From positions 453,663 to 517,662 of the forward strand of contig CP011210.1 of NCBI GenBank assembly GCA_001029675.1: a stretch of 64,000 nucleotides of DNA. The letters are read 5' to 3'. Positions 38,958-47,764 of the stretch are shown here, piece after piece. The notes beneath the pieces are model-generated. The model ran no database searches. It saw only the letters and a program-made list of their open reading frames with translations, and had not been told where the DNA came from. The DNA comes from Candidatus Beckwithbacteria bacterium GW2011_GWC1_49_16. Its GTDB lineage: Bacteria > Patescibacteriota > Microgenomatia > UBA1400 > CG1-02-47-37. The position numbers and the translations under genes are program-made. Positions within the stretch are counted from its first letter, which is position 1. Every line of letters begins with the position of its first letter.

Positions 38958-39072
38958 CCCCCACTTCGTCAAGGCTACGTGGGCTCTCCGATTTACAATT
39001 CCCCTGCCGGGGGATAAAATTTGATGTGCTAAAAGCAAAAAGCGGGCTTGCCTCGCCGGAGCTTTAGCGTAG

Positions 39073-39145
39073 GCGGGAATAGCTCAGTTGGTAGAGCGTC
39101 TGCTTCCCAAGCAGAAGGTCGCGAGTTCGAGACTCGTTTCCCGCT
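39073..39145 (+). tRNA. tRNA-Gly(CCC)
   Basis: GCGGGAATAGCTCAGTTGGTAGAGC...CTGCT-TCCCA-AGCAG...GTTCGAG...TTCCCGCT. Confidence 0.95.
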
Positions 39146-39264
39146 CAATTTAATTTGCCGCTTTTAACGTCTCATTGGTGGCGGATATTTTTGGCAGTCG
39201 GGGTGGGTTTGTCCAGGCCTTCATTCTTGTCTTCGGACATGGTTTAATTATAATATAATAAGAC

Positions 39265-39522
39265 ATGACTGAAAACTTAAACGAAGTTTACAACTCATGC
39301 CACGATCCCAACATAAAGAAAGTTGCCGGGGCTAAGACGCCAAAGGGGAAATTAAACAGAGTTCTTAGCGTCGGTGAGGGTCCTTACAATGCAGGAGATT
39401 ATGCCGAGAAGCTCGCAGCCGACTTGGTTGATCCAGTTAGAGCGAATCAAAGAAGACAAAGAAAGACTCGGTTGTCGGATAATCAAAAAAAGGCCATTCT
39501 CGAACGCAATGGCATAGTTTAA
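39265..39522 (+). CDS. small hypothetical protein
   Basis: 85 aa ORF with TATAAT 5 nt before the ATG. Confidence 0.55.
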   Translation: MTENLNEVYNSCHDPNIKKVAGAKTPKGKLNRVLSVGEGPYNAGDYAEKLAADLVDPVRANQRRQRKTRLSDNQKKAILERNGIV

Positions 39523-39532
39523 AATTATCGTT

Positions 39533-39736
39533 ATGACTGAATCGCCTTCCACTTTACACTCGAGGCTAGGTCAGATAGATAAGATCGTGGCCGACAAGGA
39601 AGGGTTAGAATCGCCTGGCGACATTCGCCAGGCTTTAATTAGGCAGACTCAACTAACTGATAAGGAAGCCGCAGTCGAAGCAGAACAACCCACGGCAGCT
39701 AAGAAAAACTTGCCTCCAAAAGTTTTAAGTCGTTAA
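39533..39736 (+). CDS. small hypothetical protein
   Basis: 67 aa ORF, 10 nt after the previous ORF on the same strand. Confidence 0.45.
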   Translation: MTESPSTLHSRLGQIDKIVADKEGLESPGDIRQALIRQTQLTDKEAAVEAEQPTAAKKNLPPKVLSR

Positions 39737-39802
39737 TGAGCTTGCTGAAGCCAAGCAAATGCTAGAAGATTTGATTTTAGGAAAATAAGTCCCAGAACTG
39801 CT

Positions 39803-39831
39803 TTGACAAGAAGTTTGGCGGTGGGTAGAAT
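39803..39831 (+). promoter_or_regulatory. sigma70 promoter, leaderless transketolase mRNA
   Basis: TTGACA-17-TAGAAT, then 5 nt to the ATG. Confidence 0.75.
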
Positions 39832-39836
39832 GATTT

Positions 39837-41654
39837 ATGCTCGAGAAATTGGCAAAACTGGTAAGATACTGGGTGGTGCGGTCGACGACCAAGGCAGGTT
39901 CGGGCCACCCGACGACGGCGCTGTCGGCCACCGATTTGCTGGTGGCGCTTTTTTTTAACCATTTAAACTACGACCTTGACCGGCCCGGCCACCCCAACAA
40001 CGACCGGGTGATATTTTCCAAAGGCCACGGAGCGCCTTTGCTTTACGCTTTGTACGCGGCGGCGGGGGCGATTAAGCCGGAAGAATTGGATAATTTGCGC
40101 CAGTTTGACAGCGAGCTTGAGGGCCACCCGGTGCCAAGATTCAAGTACGCCGAGGTAGCCACCGGTTCTTTGGGCCAGGGCTTGTCGGTGGGCTTGGGGA
40201 TGGCTTTAAACGGAAAGTATTTGGATAAACTGCCGTACAAAACTTATGTGCTCTTGGGCGACTCGGAGATGGCCGAAGGCAGTGTTTGGGAAGCGGTGGA
40301 ACTAGCCGCCCATTATCAGACCGACAACCTGGTGGCGATTATCGACGTCAACCGCTGGGGCCAGGCAAACCAAACCATGTACGGCCACGATACCGCGGCT
40401 TACGCCAAACGTCTGGAGGCTTTTGGCTGGCAGGTGATGATAATCGACGGGCACAACCTGACGGAGATCGAGACTGCTTTTGCCTGGGCCAAAAAGGCCG
40501 AAGGCGCGCCCAAGGCGATCGTGGCCAAAACCATCAAAGGCCGCGGGGTCAAGTTCCTGGAAGATAAACCCGGCCACCACGGGGTGCCTTTGAGTGAGGC
40601 GGAGTTGGCGCGAGCAACTAAAGCCTGGGGTAAGATTGATTTTGAAGTTCGGGGTAAGATAGCCAAACCCGAAGATAAAAAGCCGGCCAAGGCAAGGGCC
40701 GGAGGCAAGATAGAGCTGGACTATCCGGACGACTGGCCGACGAGAAAAGCCTACGGGCTAGGACTGGCTTTAGCGGGCAGCAAAAATGCGGCAGTAGTGG
40801 CTTTGGACGCGGAGGTAAAAAACTCGACTTATGCCCAAACCTTTGGCGACAAGTTCCCGGAGAGGTTTTTTGAGATGTACATTGCCGAGCAAAACATGGT
40901 GGGCGTGGCCTTGGGGCTTAGTAAGTGCAGCAAGGTGCCGTTTGCCTCGACGTTTGCGGCTTTTTTGACCCGGGCCTTTGACCAGTTGAGGATGGCGGCT
41001 TACTCAAAACCCAACTTAAAGATCGTCGGCAGCCACGCCGGGGTGTCGATCGGCCAGGACGGGCCGAGTCAAATGGGGCTGGAAGATATGGCCATGATGC
41101 GGAGTTTGCCGGGGTCGGTGGTGTTTTACCCGGCAGACGCGGCGGCGACGGTGAAATTGGTAGCAGTGATGACGGAGACAGACGGGTTGATGTATTTAAG
41201 GACCACCAGGCCGGCGACTAATAAAATCTATGCTGAAAACGAGGCATTTAAGGTTGGAGGCAGTAAAACTTTGGTTTCAGGCAAAGACGACCAAGTGACT
41301 ATCGTGGCCGCGGGCATTACTGTCTACGAGGCGTTGACTGCCGCCCACGAGTTAAAAGGCGAAGGGATTAAGGTGAGGGTGATCGACGCTTACTCAATAA
41401 AACCGGTTGACAAACAGGGCTTGCTTGCGGCGGCCAAGGAGGCGGGCGGGAAAATAATCACCGTGGAAGACCACCGGCCCGAAGGGGGCTTAGGAGAAGC
41501 GGTGATGGAGGCGGTGGCGGCAGAGTCAGTCAAGGTTTACCAACTGGCGGTTGGCAAAATCCCCCGCTCGGGGACGAAGGACGAGCTTTTGGCTTTTGAA
41601 GAAATCGACGCCGCTGCCATTGTCAAAAAAGTCAAAGAAATTTTGGTAAAATAG
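39837..41654 (+). CDS. tkt: transketolase
   Basis: SGHP, SKGH, ATGSLGQG, GDSE..EG..WEA TPP-binding motif, IAEQ, GQDGPSQ, TVEDH. Confidence 0.95.
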   Translation: MLEKLAKLVRYWVVRSTTKAGSGHPTTALSATDLLVALFFNHLNYDLDRPGHPNNDRVIFSKGHGAPLLYALYAAAGAIKPEELDNLRQFDSELEGHPVPRFKYAEVATGSLGQGLSVGLGMALNGKYLDKLPYKTYVLLGDSEMAEGSVWEAVELAAHYQTDNLVAIIDVNRWGQANQTMYGHDTAAYAKRLEAFGWQVMIIDGHNLTEIETAFAWAKKAEGAPKAIVAKTIKGRGVKFLEDKPGHHGVPLSEAELARATKAWGKIDFEVRGKIAKPEDKKPAKARAGGKIELDYPDDWPTRKAYGLGLALAGSKNAAVVALDAEVKNSTYAQTFGDKFPERFFEMYIAEQNMVGVALGLSKCSKVPFASTFAAFLTRAFDQLRMAAYSKPNLKIVGSHAGVSIGQDGPSQMGLEDMAMMRSLPGSVVFYPADAAATVKLVAVMTETDGLMYLRTTRPATNKIYAENEAFKVGGSKTLVSGKDDQVTIVAAGITVYEALTAAHELKGEGIKVRVIDAYSIKPVDKQGLLAAAKEAGGKIITVEDHRPEGGLGEAVMEAVAAESVKVYQLAVGKIPRSGTKDELLAFEEIDAAAIVKKVKEILVK

Positions 41655-41661
41655 GAGTCAA

Positions 41662-41734
41662 GCCTGCGTAGCTCAACCGGTAGAGCAACGGTATCGTAAA
41701 CCGTAGGTAGTCGGTTCGAGTCCGACCGCAGGCT
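41662..41734 (+). tRNA. tRNA-Thr(CGT)
   Basis: GCCTGCG...ACGGT-ATCGTAA-ACCGT...GGTTCGAGTCC...CGCAGGCT. Confidence 0.93.
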
Positions 41735-41738
41735 CTGG

Positions 41739-41821
41739 GCGGTATCGCCCGCCTGCAACGCTTTGCGTAGCAATGCGGGCAGGGAAACTGCAAGTCGCGA
41801 GTTCGAATTTCACTCCTGGCT
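41739..41821 (+). pseudogene. 5'-truncated tRNA-Thr-like remnant with a palindrome inserted in the anticodon loop
   Basis: GCGGT-ATCG[36 bp insert]GAA-ACTGC-AAGTC-GCGAG-TTCGAAT-TTCAC-TCCTGGC-T. Confidence 0.7.
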
Positions 41822-43054
41822 CTAGTTAGGGATAAAATCAAAAACTTCTAATATCGAGGTTGGTTCTAAGCGGTAAGGAGTTTGTTTCCCCTCATAAAAT
41901 CCGTATCTTTGAATCATATCCGGAAGTAAACAGGAACATTTCAAGGAAACACCTGTGTCTAAATTAGTGATGGTCATGTCTGACGCTGTTCCGGTTTCGT
42001 CCTCAAAAGGAGAAAATTGCATTCCTCTGAAAGTGTCCATTTCAACTCTAAATTTCCTCCCGCCTAAACTAAACTGGGTGCCAAATCCTTTAAAATAGTG
42101 TTCTCTAGCGTAAAAAAGAGGAGCAGCCAAATCCTGGTGGGTTAATTTTTGCGATAATACAAAGTCGTTGTCCGACGCCATTATATACAACAGTGATTCA
42201 TTCTCCCCAAGGAAGCCAGCCATAGAATCTCGCATTGGGCGCATTCTAGATTCAAGCTTTTCAACTGGCTGCCCGTTAATTTCCGTAAGCTCCTTTATTA
42301 GTTCCGTCTCATTCCTTCCACCTATCTTGAACCCGCTCTGTTCAGCAACAATTTCTAATGGTCGTATGTCAAGCTCTTCGGGCTCAACGTTGCGCAAAAG
42401 TTTTTGACTGCCCTCGACCAAACTGCCACCATATATGAGATTAATTTTAAACTCCATGGTGCTGTTTCTGACGGTTAGAACTGTGCTTGCTCCACCCCAT
42501 TCGTAAGGTTCTTCTGTGCAATCAATTATTTGAGTTTTATCATCGAGCATTGCCTGTAGAGCGGGTCTTATCGGCTTGGTCATTCTTTCTACTTTCCCAC
42601 CTGATGTCCAGGCAATTACTTCTCCGCTTTCACCTTCATATTGAAGTTGGTATCTAAAAATATTGGGTTCAATGAGGTCAGATTCAAAACCTGTCTCTAA
42701 AAGTTGTTGTTCAATTGTCTTATCTTGAAACTTGGTAAAGTCAGGTTTTCTTTCTCCGCTGAAACCACCACCGCTGCCGTTAAGCGTTCTTTCCATTACA
42801 GTCAAGTCAGATGTAATTGTTATTAGGGAAAAACCTTCCTTAAAATATCCCTCGCCGACTTGTAACGCTAAAATTCTTTTCCAGTCTGTGTGAGAGTCAT
42901 AATCAACCATCAACGTCAATGTGCCATTGTCTTTAATGTCGACCACAGCTCCGCCATTTTCAAATATACTGGATTTCCCAAGGCGGTTAAAACCAACTTG
43001 ATTTAGTTCTTTCATCCTATCCGTTTGGGCCCGAGAAAGTTCTTGTTGATCCAT
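41822..43054 (-). CDS. hypothetical protein (410 aa), AT-rich orphan
   Basis: Long ORF; no function recognised. Confidence 0.75.
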   Translation of the reverse strand: MDQQELSRAQTDRMKELNQVGFNRLGKSSIFENGGAVVDIKDNGTLTLMVDYDSHTDWKRILALQVGEGYFKEGFSLITITSDLTVMERTLNGSGGGFSGERKPDFTKFQDKTIEQQLLETGFESDLIEPNIFRYQLQYEGESGEVIAWTSGGKVERMTKPIRPALQAMLDDKTQIIDCTEEPYEWGGASTVLTVRNSTMEFKINLIYGGSLVEGSQKLLRNVEPEELDIRPLEIVAEQSGFKIGGRNETELIKELTEINGQPVEKLESRMRPMRDSMAGFLGENESLLYIMASDNDFVLSQKLTHQDLAAPLFYAREHYFKGFGTQFSLGGRKFRVEMDTFRGMQFSPFEDETGTASDMTITNLDTGVSLKCSCLLPDMIQRYGFYEGKQTPYRLEPTSILEVFDFIPN

Positions 43055-43163
43055 AATCTGTATAGTGTACCTCTAATTTTTTAATTGTCAATAACTATAG
43101 GTTAATTAAATACTGGACTAGACTTGTTCTTAGGCTGTAGAATCTTCTTGTAAGAGATTAATT

Positions 43164-43880
43164 ATGGCAGTAAAAAAAACCAGATTAGAACGAAAAAAGG
43201 AAAAAGAGAGCTTGAAGCAGGCTTGGGGCTACCTGGTGCTCATCTTGGCGCTTTTGTGGTTGATCGTCAAACTGGGCTTGCCGGCTTTGGTGAAAATGTC
43301 CACCTTTATCGGTAATTTGCGCCAGCCCGAGCCGATCGAGCAAACCGCTGCCACTCCGGTCTTGCCGCCGAGGCTCGAGGCTTTGCCGGCAGACACAAAT
43401 AAAGCCCAACTTAACGTGGCCGGTTATTCTCAAGAGGGAACGACGGTTAAACTTTACCTGCGGGGCTTGAGCGTGACCGAGACAATCGCCGACAAGGAAG
43501 GCAGGTTTGTGTTCAGCGACGTCAATTTGCGCGTGGGGGAAAATGAAATTTACACCGTGGCCGGCGATGACAAAGGCAACACCAGCGACAGGTCAAACGT
43601 GTTTGTGGTTAGTTTTGACCAATCAGCGCCGCAGTTGACGGTGGAAACTCCCAGCGAGTCTGACAGATTTTTTGATAACGACAACCCGATCACCGTAGCC
43701 GGCCAGGCGGAAGCGGAAGTAACGGTTAAAATCAACGGCCGGATAGTGAAAGCTGGCGACGACGGCAGTTTTACCACCCAACTAACCCTTGAAGAGGGCG
43801 ACAATCAAATCGAGGTGTTGGCGGTAGACCGGGCGGAGAACGAGACTGTCAAGCTGGTCACGGTCAACTATACGCCTTAG
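43164..43880 (+). CDS. membrane-anchored Ig-like repeat protein
   Basis: TM helix plus two beta-sandwich repeats (G.F....L..G.N.I...A.D..GN). Confidence 0.8.
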   Translation: MAVKKTRLERKKEKESLKQAWGYLVLILALLWLIVKLGLPALVKMSTFIGNLRQPEPIEQTAATPVLPPRLEALPADTNKAQLNVAGYSQEGTTVKLYLRGLSVTETIADKEGRFVFSDVNLRVGENEIYTVAGDDKGNTSDRSNVFVVSFDQSAPQLTVETPSESDRFFDNDNPITVAGQAEAEVTVKINGRIVKAGDDGSFTTQLTLEEGDNQIEVLAVDRAENETVKLVTVNYTP

Positions 43881-43891
43881 GCTTGAGGGTT

Positions 43892-44716
43892 TTAAGTTTC
43901 GGTTAAACCTCGATACATAATTCCAGAGTTTTTTCTTAGGGTTGCGATTCTTTGCAGGTATCGTTTCGGGTCTTCTTTAATGAAACCCTGATTGACCAAC
44001 CAATTTACTTTTTCAAGAGATGGTAACTCTTTTGGTTTAAACCACTCCTTTAGGTCTTCGATGACTGCAGTTTGTAGACTGGGGTTTTGGGTTAGAATTA
44101 AGTCTTTCCTAACCGATAACGGATCGAAATGTTTTTTCTTAAAGTCGTGCATTGTTGATTTCGTTTTACTAAAAGACTCTCGGAAATTGTCAGCTAATTG
44201 AAATAAAAAGGCGTTGGCGTTTTTCGGACTTTCAAATATACCTGGCGGAGTATTTTTAACGACGCTTTCTGAAGCCTCTGGGTCTATCGTTGTTTGGCCG
44301 TTTTCTAGGGCCTGAACCGTTAAGGATTTTAATCCGGACTCTGTCAATTGTTCTGTCTGACTAAGAATATTTAATACATAGGGAAAAACGTAGGGAACAA
44401 AAAGATGTGATGCAGAAATTAACTCCAGTTCAGGTCTTAAATAGGACAATTTTTGTGTTTCAGCTATTTGCCCAAAAACGCTGTTAATCAATATTGAAGG
44501 CGAGGTTGTTTTTGGGACCTGAATCGACTCGACCCTAAATGCTTGCCTAGTGTCGGGACTTGATATCCCCAAGGCTAAGGAGTACAAAATAAGTTTCCCC
44601 AAGACTTGGTCGCTGGCTTGTTTTTTCTTTTCCCAGTCACTCAAGTCGCCAAGGTCAAAGCGAAATTCTTCTAGATACTTTATGGCGTTGTCTATCTGGA
44701 GAAATTCTTTTGTCAT
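43892..44716 (-). CDS. hypothetical protein (274 aa), AT-rich orphan
   Basis: ORF with TATAAT 5 nt before the ATG. Confidence 0.7.
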   Translation of the reverse strand: MTKEFLQIDNAIKYLEEFRFDLGDLSDWEKKKQASDQVLGKLILYSLALGISSPDTRQAFRVESIQVPKTTSPSILINSVFGQIAETQKLSYLRPELELISASHLFVPYVFPYVLNILSQTEQLTESGLKSLTVQALENGQTTIDPEASESVVKNTPPGIFESPKNANAFLFQLADNFRESFSKTKSTMHDFKKKHFDPLSVRKDLILTQNPSLQTAVIEDLKEWFKPKELPSLEKVNWLVNQGFIKEDPKRYLQRIATLRKNSGIMYRGLTET

Positions 44717-44722
44717 AAAGTA

Positions 44723-45874
44723 TTATAGATTATTGTGAAGGGGGTTTTTAAAAGTGAAAAGGCAAAAAAGCCAAATCATCACCCAGGGATAAAAGAGCGA
44801 ATTGGTGAACAGGCTGTGGGTAAGGGCGGCCGCAAGCGACACTTGGGCCAGGGGGGAAAGGCTGCAGGCTTTAACCAGCAAGTTGAGGTAGGCGGCTAAG
44901 CCGATCAAGCCGGTGGTGGCTAAGACAAAAATAAGACTGGCGTCGTAACCTGCGGCAGCGTGGCTTAAGTCTTTCCCTGGATCGGTGACGGCAGCCGGCT
45001 GGTAGCGGACCAGGTTGAAGCCGGCGCCCAAGACAGGGTGTTGGCGCCACAAGGTTAAACCTTGACGGTAGTTGGTCAGCCTTTGCCCAATAGAAAAGGT
45101 GCGCAGTAAATTGACGCCTTCGCCACCAGGGCGGGGCAATAAGAGAAAAGCCAGCAGCACGCAGGAAGCAGCTACTAGAAAGACCCGAGATTTTCTTTTG
45201 ATGATTGAATAGACGGCTGCGGCGGCGAGAAGGGCCAGATAGGAGCTTCTCGAATAAGTCAAAAGCAGGCCGATAAGAACGGCGGCAGTGGCCGAGGAGT
45301 AGACCAGGGGCTGGAGTTTTTTTTGGTGGAAAAACAAGAGGATTAAGCTAAACAGGTAAATAAGACCGGTAAAGTTGGGGTCAAAAAGGGACGAGATTAC
45401 CCGGTAGAAGTGGTCGTCCCAGCCGGAAGCGGCCAAAAACCTGACGTCGGGGAAAAAGAGATACTGAAACAAACCCAAACCGACGAGGCTTAAACCGAAG
45501 ACGAGCAGGAGATTGGCTGGTTTGAGCCTGAGGTTTTTGACCAGGGCGGGGTCGGAAAAGACAAAGTAAAGGCAGGAGTAGAAAACGAAGCGCACCAGGT
45601 AGAGGCTGCCGACCAAGATTTGGTTTGGCGGGTGGCGGAAGAGGGCGGGCAGAAGCGAGGCCAAAGCGGCGGCGGTAAACCAAAGCAGCGGCCGGGCAAG
45701 CGGAGGCGGTTTCAGTTTTTTGAGTCCGGTTATTGACCAGAGGCAAACGATGGCGGCAATGACCAAATCGTGGAGATAAAGGTTGACGCCGGGGTAGGGC
45801 TGGGGTAAACGTTCCAGTTGGCCGAAAGGCAAAACCAGGAAAAGAGCGTAAATAAGCAGGGTTAAAACTTTCAT
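44723..45874 (-). CDS. O-antigen ligase/polymerase (Wzy_C) family membrane protein
   Basis: Multi-TM; R..S..FDPNF.G, LTYSRSSYLA, P.LG.GFN. Confidence 0.8.
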   Translation of the reverse strand: MKVLTLLIYALFLVLPFGQLERLPQPYPGVNLYLHDLVIAAIVCLWSITGLKKLKPPPLARPLLWFTAAALASLLPALFRHPPNQILVGSLYLVRFVFYSCLYFVFSDPALVKNLRLKPANLLLVFGLSLVGLGLFQYLFFPDVRFLAASGWDDHFYRVISSLFDPNFTGLIYLFSLILLFFHQKKLQPLVYSSATAAVLIGLLLTYSRSSYLALLAAAAVYSIIKRKSRVFLVAASCVLLAFLLLPRPGGEGVNLLRTFSIGQRLTNYRQGLTLWRQHPVLGAGFNLVRYQPAAVTDPGKDLSHAAAGYDASLIFVLATTGLIGLAAYLNLLVKACSLSPLAQVSLAAALTHSLFTNSLFYPWVMIWLFCLFTFKNPLHNNL

Positions 45875-47172
45875 AAGAGCTTAAATAGTTTAACCCGGGT
45901 GAGGTGGTTTTGGTAAATCAACTCGGCCGGTTTTAACTTTTCCGACAGGGTGTTGCCACTGCCCACCAAGACGTGAGTGTAGTTTTCCCGGGGGCCGGCC
46001 CAAGACTGATGGTCAAAGGGGAAATCCACATAGTAAAGGTTATGAATGTCATAGACCAAAACCTTACCACTCTCCCCCACCAGGTTCTTTATTTCTGCGT
46101 CGGCATCGTAAAAGTCGCCGAAGTCAAAGTTTAGATGCTCAAGCAGAAATTCCTGCCGGGACTCTTGCCCCAAAAGCACCGGTAAGTATTTGGCGTTGGC
46201 ATAAGCTCTAGCGCCGATGCCGACGACGGCCTGGGTGACAATCAAGACCAACGCCAGTTTTCTACCTACGGGATCAGATCCTGAAGTTAGACGGGCGGCG
46301 AAAACGGCCAAAAGTGCCAAAAGCGGTAGGGCGAAACGGCCAAAACCGGTTCCGGGCATCAACCACCAGATAATAAACAGCCAGAAAGTGATTGATTTAA
46401 GAATCTTTTTAAGCGGTGGTTTTAGTTTAAAGACGAGGATGGCGACCAGGGTGGCGACTGCCGGGCCGACGCGGAAAGCCGGGTCGAAAAAGAGCCTTGC
46501 CGGCCGGGTCAGCCAGTAGCCAAAGCCGTTAAAAAACCAATCGCCGGAGAGGTTGAAGCCTTCACCGAAAGGGTAAAAAAGGTTGCCGGTGGAGAAAAAA
46601 TTAACCAGCCAAAAAGGCAGAGCGCCCAAAGCGGCCCAAGGGACAGGGGTAAGGACCAGTCCAAAAGCCACAGCTTGGAGCTTGACGGCGCCGGAGAGAA
46701 CTAAAAATAGAGGCCGCCGCCAATCGGTAAAATAAACCGCGGCCAGAAACAGGGCGGTGAAACTAAGATCGACATAGGCGGTGGTGGCGAGCCAGCCGAC
46801 GAGCAGGGTCGAGTAGAAAAGCAGACCGGCAGCCAAGGCGGCGGTTTGAGGCAGTTTTTTTCTGGCGATTTTGAAGACAAAAAATGCGGCAATCATCCCG
46901 GAAAGCCAGTGGATCAGTTTAGGAGCTTGAACCGACAAAGGTAAAACCAAGGCGTAAACCGCTTCGCTCAAGCGGGGCAGGCCGGACCAGTAGAGCAGGC
47001 TTCCGGGGATCGGGGCCAGGGAGCGGTCGGCCAAAAACAGTCGTGCCTCAGGCAGATGATACCAGAGGGCGTCAAAGCCAAGTTCGGGGCCCAAGGCGCC
47101 GACCAGATTGATCAGAGCCTGAACGGCTAGAAGCAGCCACAAAAGCTTATCGATTGGCAAAAGTTTTTTCAT
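45871..47172 (-). CDS. GT-C-like membrane glycosyltransferase
   Basis: P..GFDALWYHL loop, AYVD, many TM helices. Confidence 0.65.
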   Translation of the reverse strand: MKKLLPIDKLLWLLLAVQALINLVGALGPELGFDALWYHLPEARLFLADRSLAPIPGSLLYWSGLPRLSEAVYALVLPLSVQAPKLIHWLSGMIAAFFVFKIARKKLPQTAALAAGLLFYSTLLVGWLATTAYVDLSFTALFLAAVYFTDWRRPLFLVLSGAVKLQAVAFGLVLTPVPWAALGALPFWLVNFFSTGNLFYPFGEGFNLSGDWFFNGFGYWLTRPARLFFDPAFRVGPAVATLVAILVFKLKPPLKKILKSITFWLFIIWWLMPGTGFGRFALPLLALLAVFAARLTSGSDPVGRKLALVLIVTQAVVGIGARAYANAKYLPVLLGQESRQEFLLEHLNFDFGDFYDADAEIKNLVGESGKVLVYDIHNLYYVDFPFDHQSWAGPRENYTHVLVGSGNTLSEKLKPAELIYQNHLTRVKLFKLL

Positions 47173-47764
47173 AGACTTTGACCCTGACGGCCAAGGAGTG
47201 GAGCGACATGGCCAGGGCCAAAGCCAGACCGGGTAATCGATCCAAAAAGCCCAAGCGGAAAAAGTAATTGAGAATAAACTTGGCCGGCGGGTAGACGATC
47301 AACTGCCAGAGTTTGAATGCCGCATTTTGTCCGACCAGTTCCCGGGCGCGCAGCTCAGAGTAAAAGTTTAAGCGGTCAAGAAACAGGCTAAAGCTTAAGT
47401 TCCTTTGGTGAAGCAAAGGGGCGGATAAGGTTTTGAGCGGTAACCGGGAAACGAAGATTTCGTGGACCCGGCCGGTAAAGCGGCCTGTTCCTGGTTGGAC
47501 CAAGCGGGTGAACTTAACGGCAGCCGTTTCGCCAAACTTGAGATGCTTGCCCAAAAACCAGTCCTGACGGCGAAAGTTATAGTTAAACCGCCGGTCGGTG
47601 ACGGCCCGGTTGATTTGGCTTTTGAGCTCGGAGGTCAATTTTTCATCGCTGTCTAAAAACAACACCCAGGGAGTTTGGGCCTGCTTTAGGAGCCGGTTCC
47701 TTTCCCGGGAAAAATCGGCGATGCCGGGGCGGTTGAGGGTCATAACGGTTAAAGCCTTATTCAT
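47147..47764 (-). CDS. glycosyltransferase family 2
   Basis: DFS..RN, WVLFLDSDE, G.VHE. Confidence 0.85.
   Translation of the reverse strand: MNKALTVMTLNRPGIADFSRERNRLLKQAQTPWVLFLDSDEKLTSELKSQINRAVTDRRFNYNFRRQDWFLGKHLKFGETAAVKFTRLVQPGTGRFTGRVHEIFVSRLPLKTLSAPLLHQRNLSFSLFLDRLNFYSELRARELVGQNAAFKLWQLIVYPPAKFILNYFFRLGFLDRLPGLALALAMSLHSLAVRVKVYEKTFANR

Noticed and set aside
43880-43896. Possible remnant of the O-antigen ligase 3' end beyond the 274-aa orphan
   Set aside because: Only about 10 nt of low-complexity similarity.
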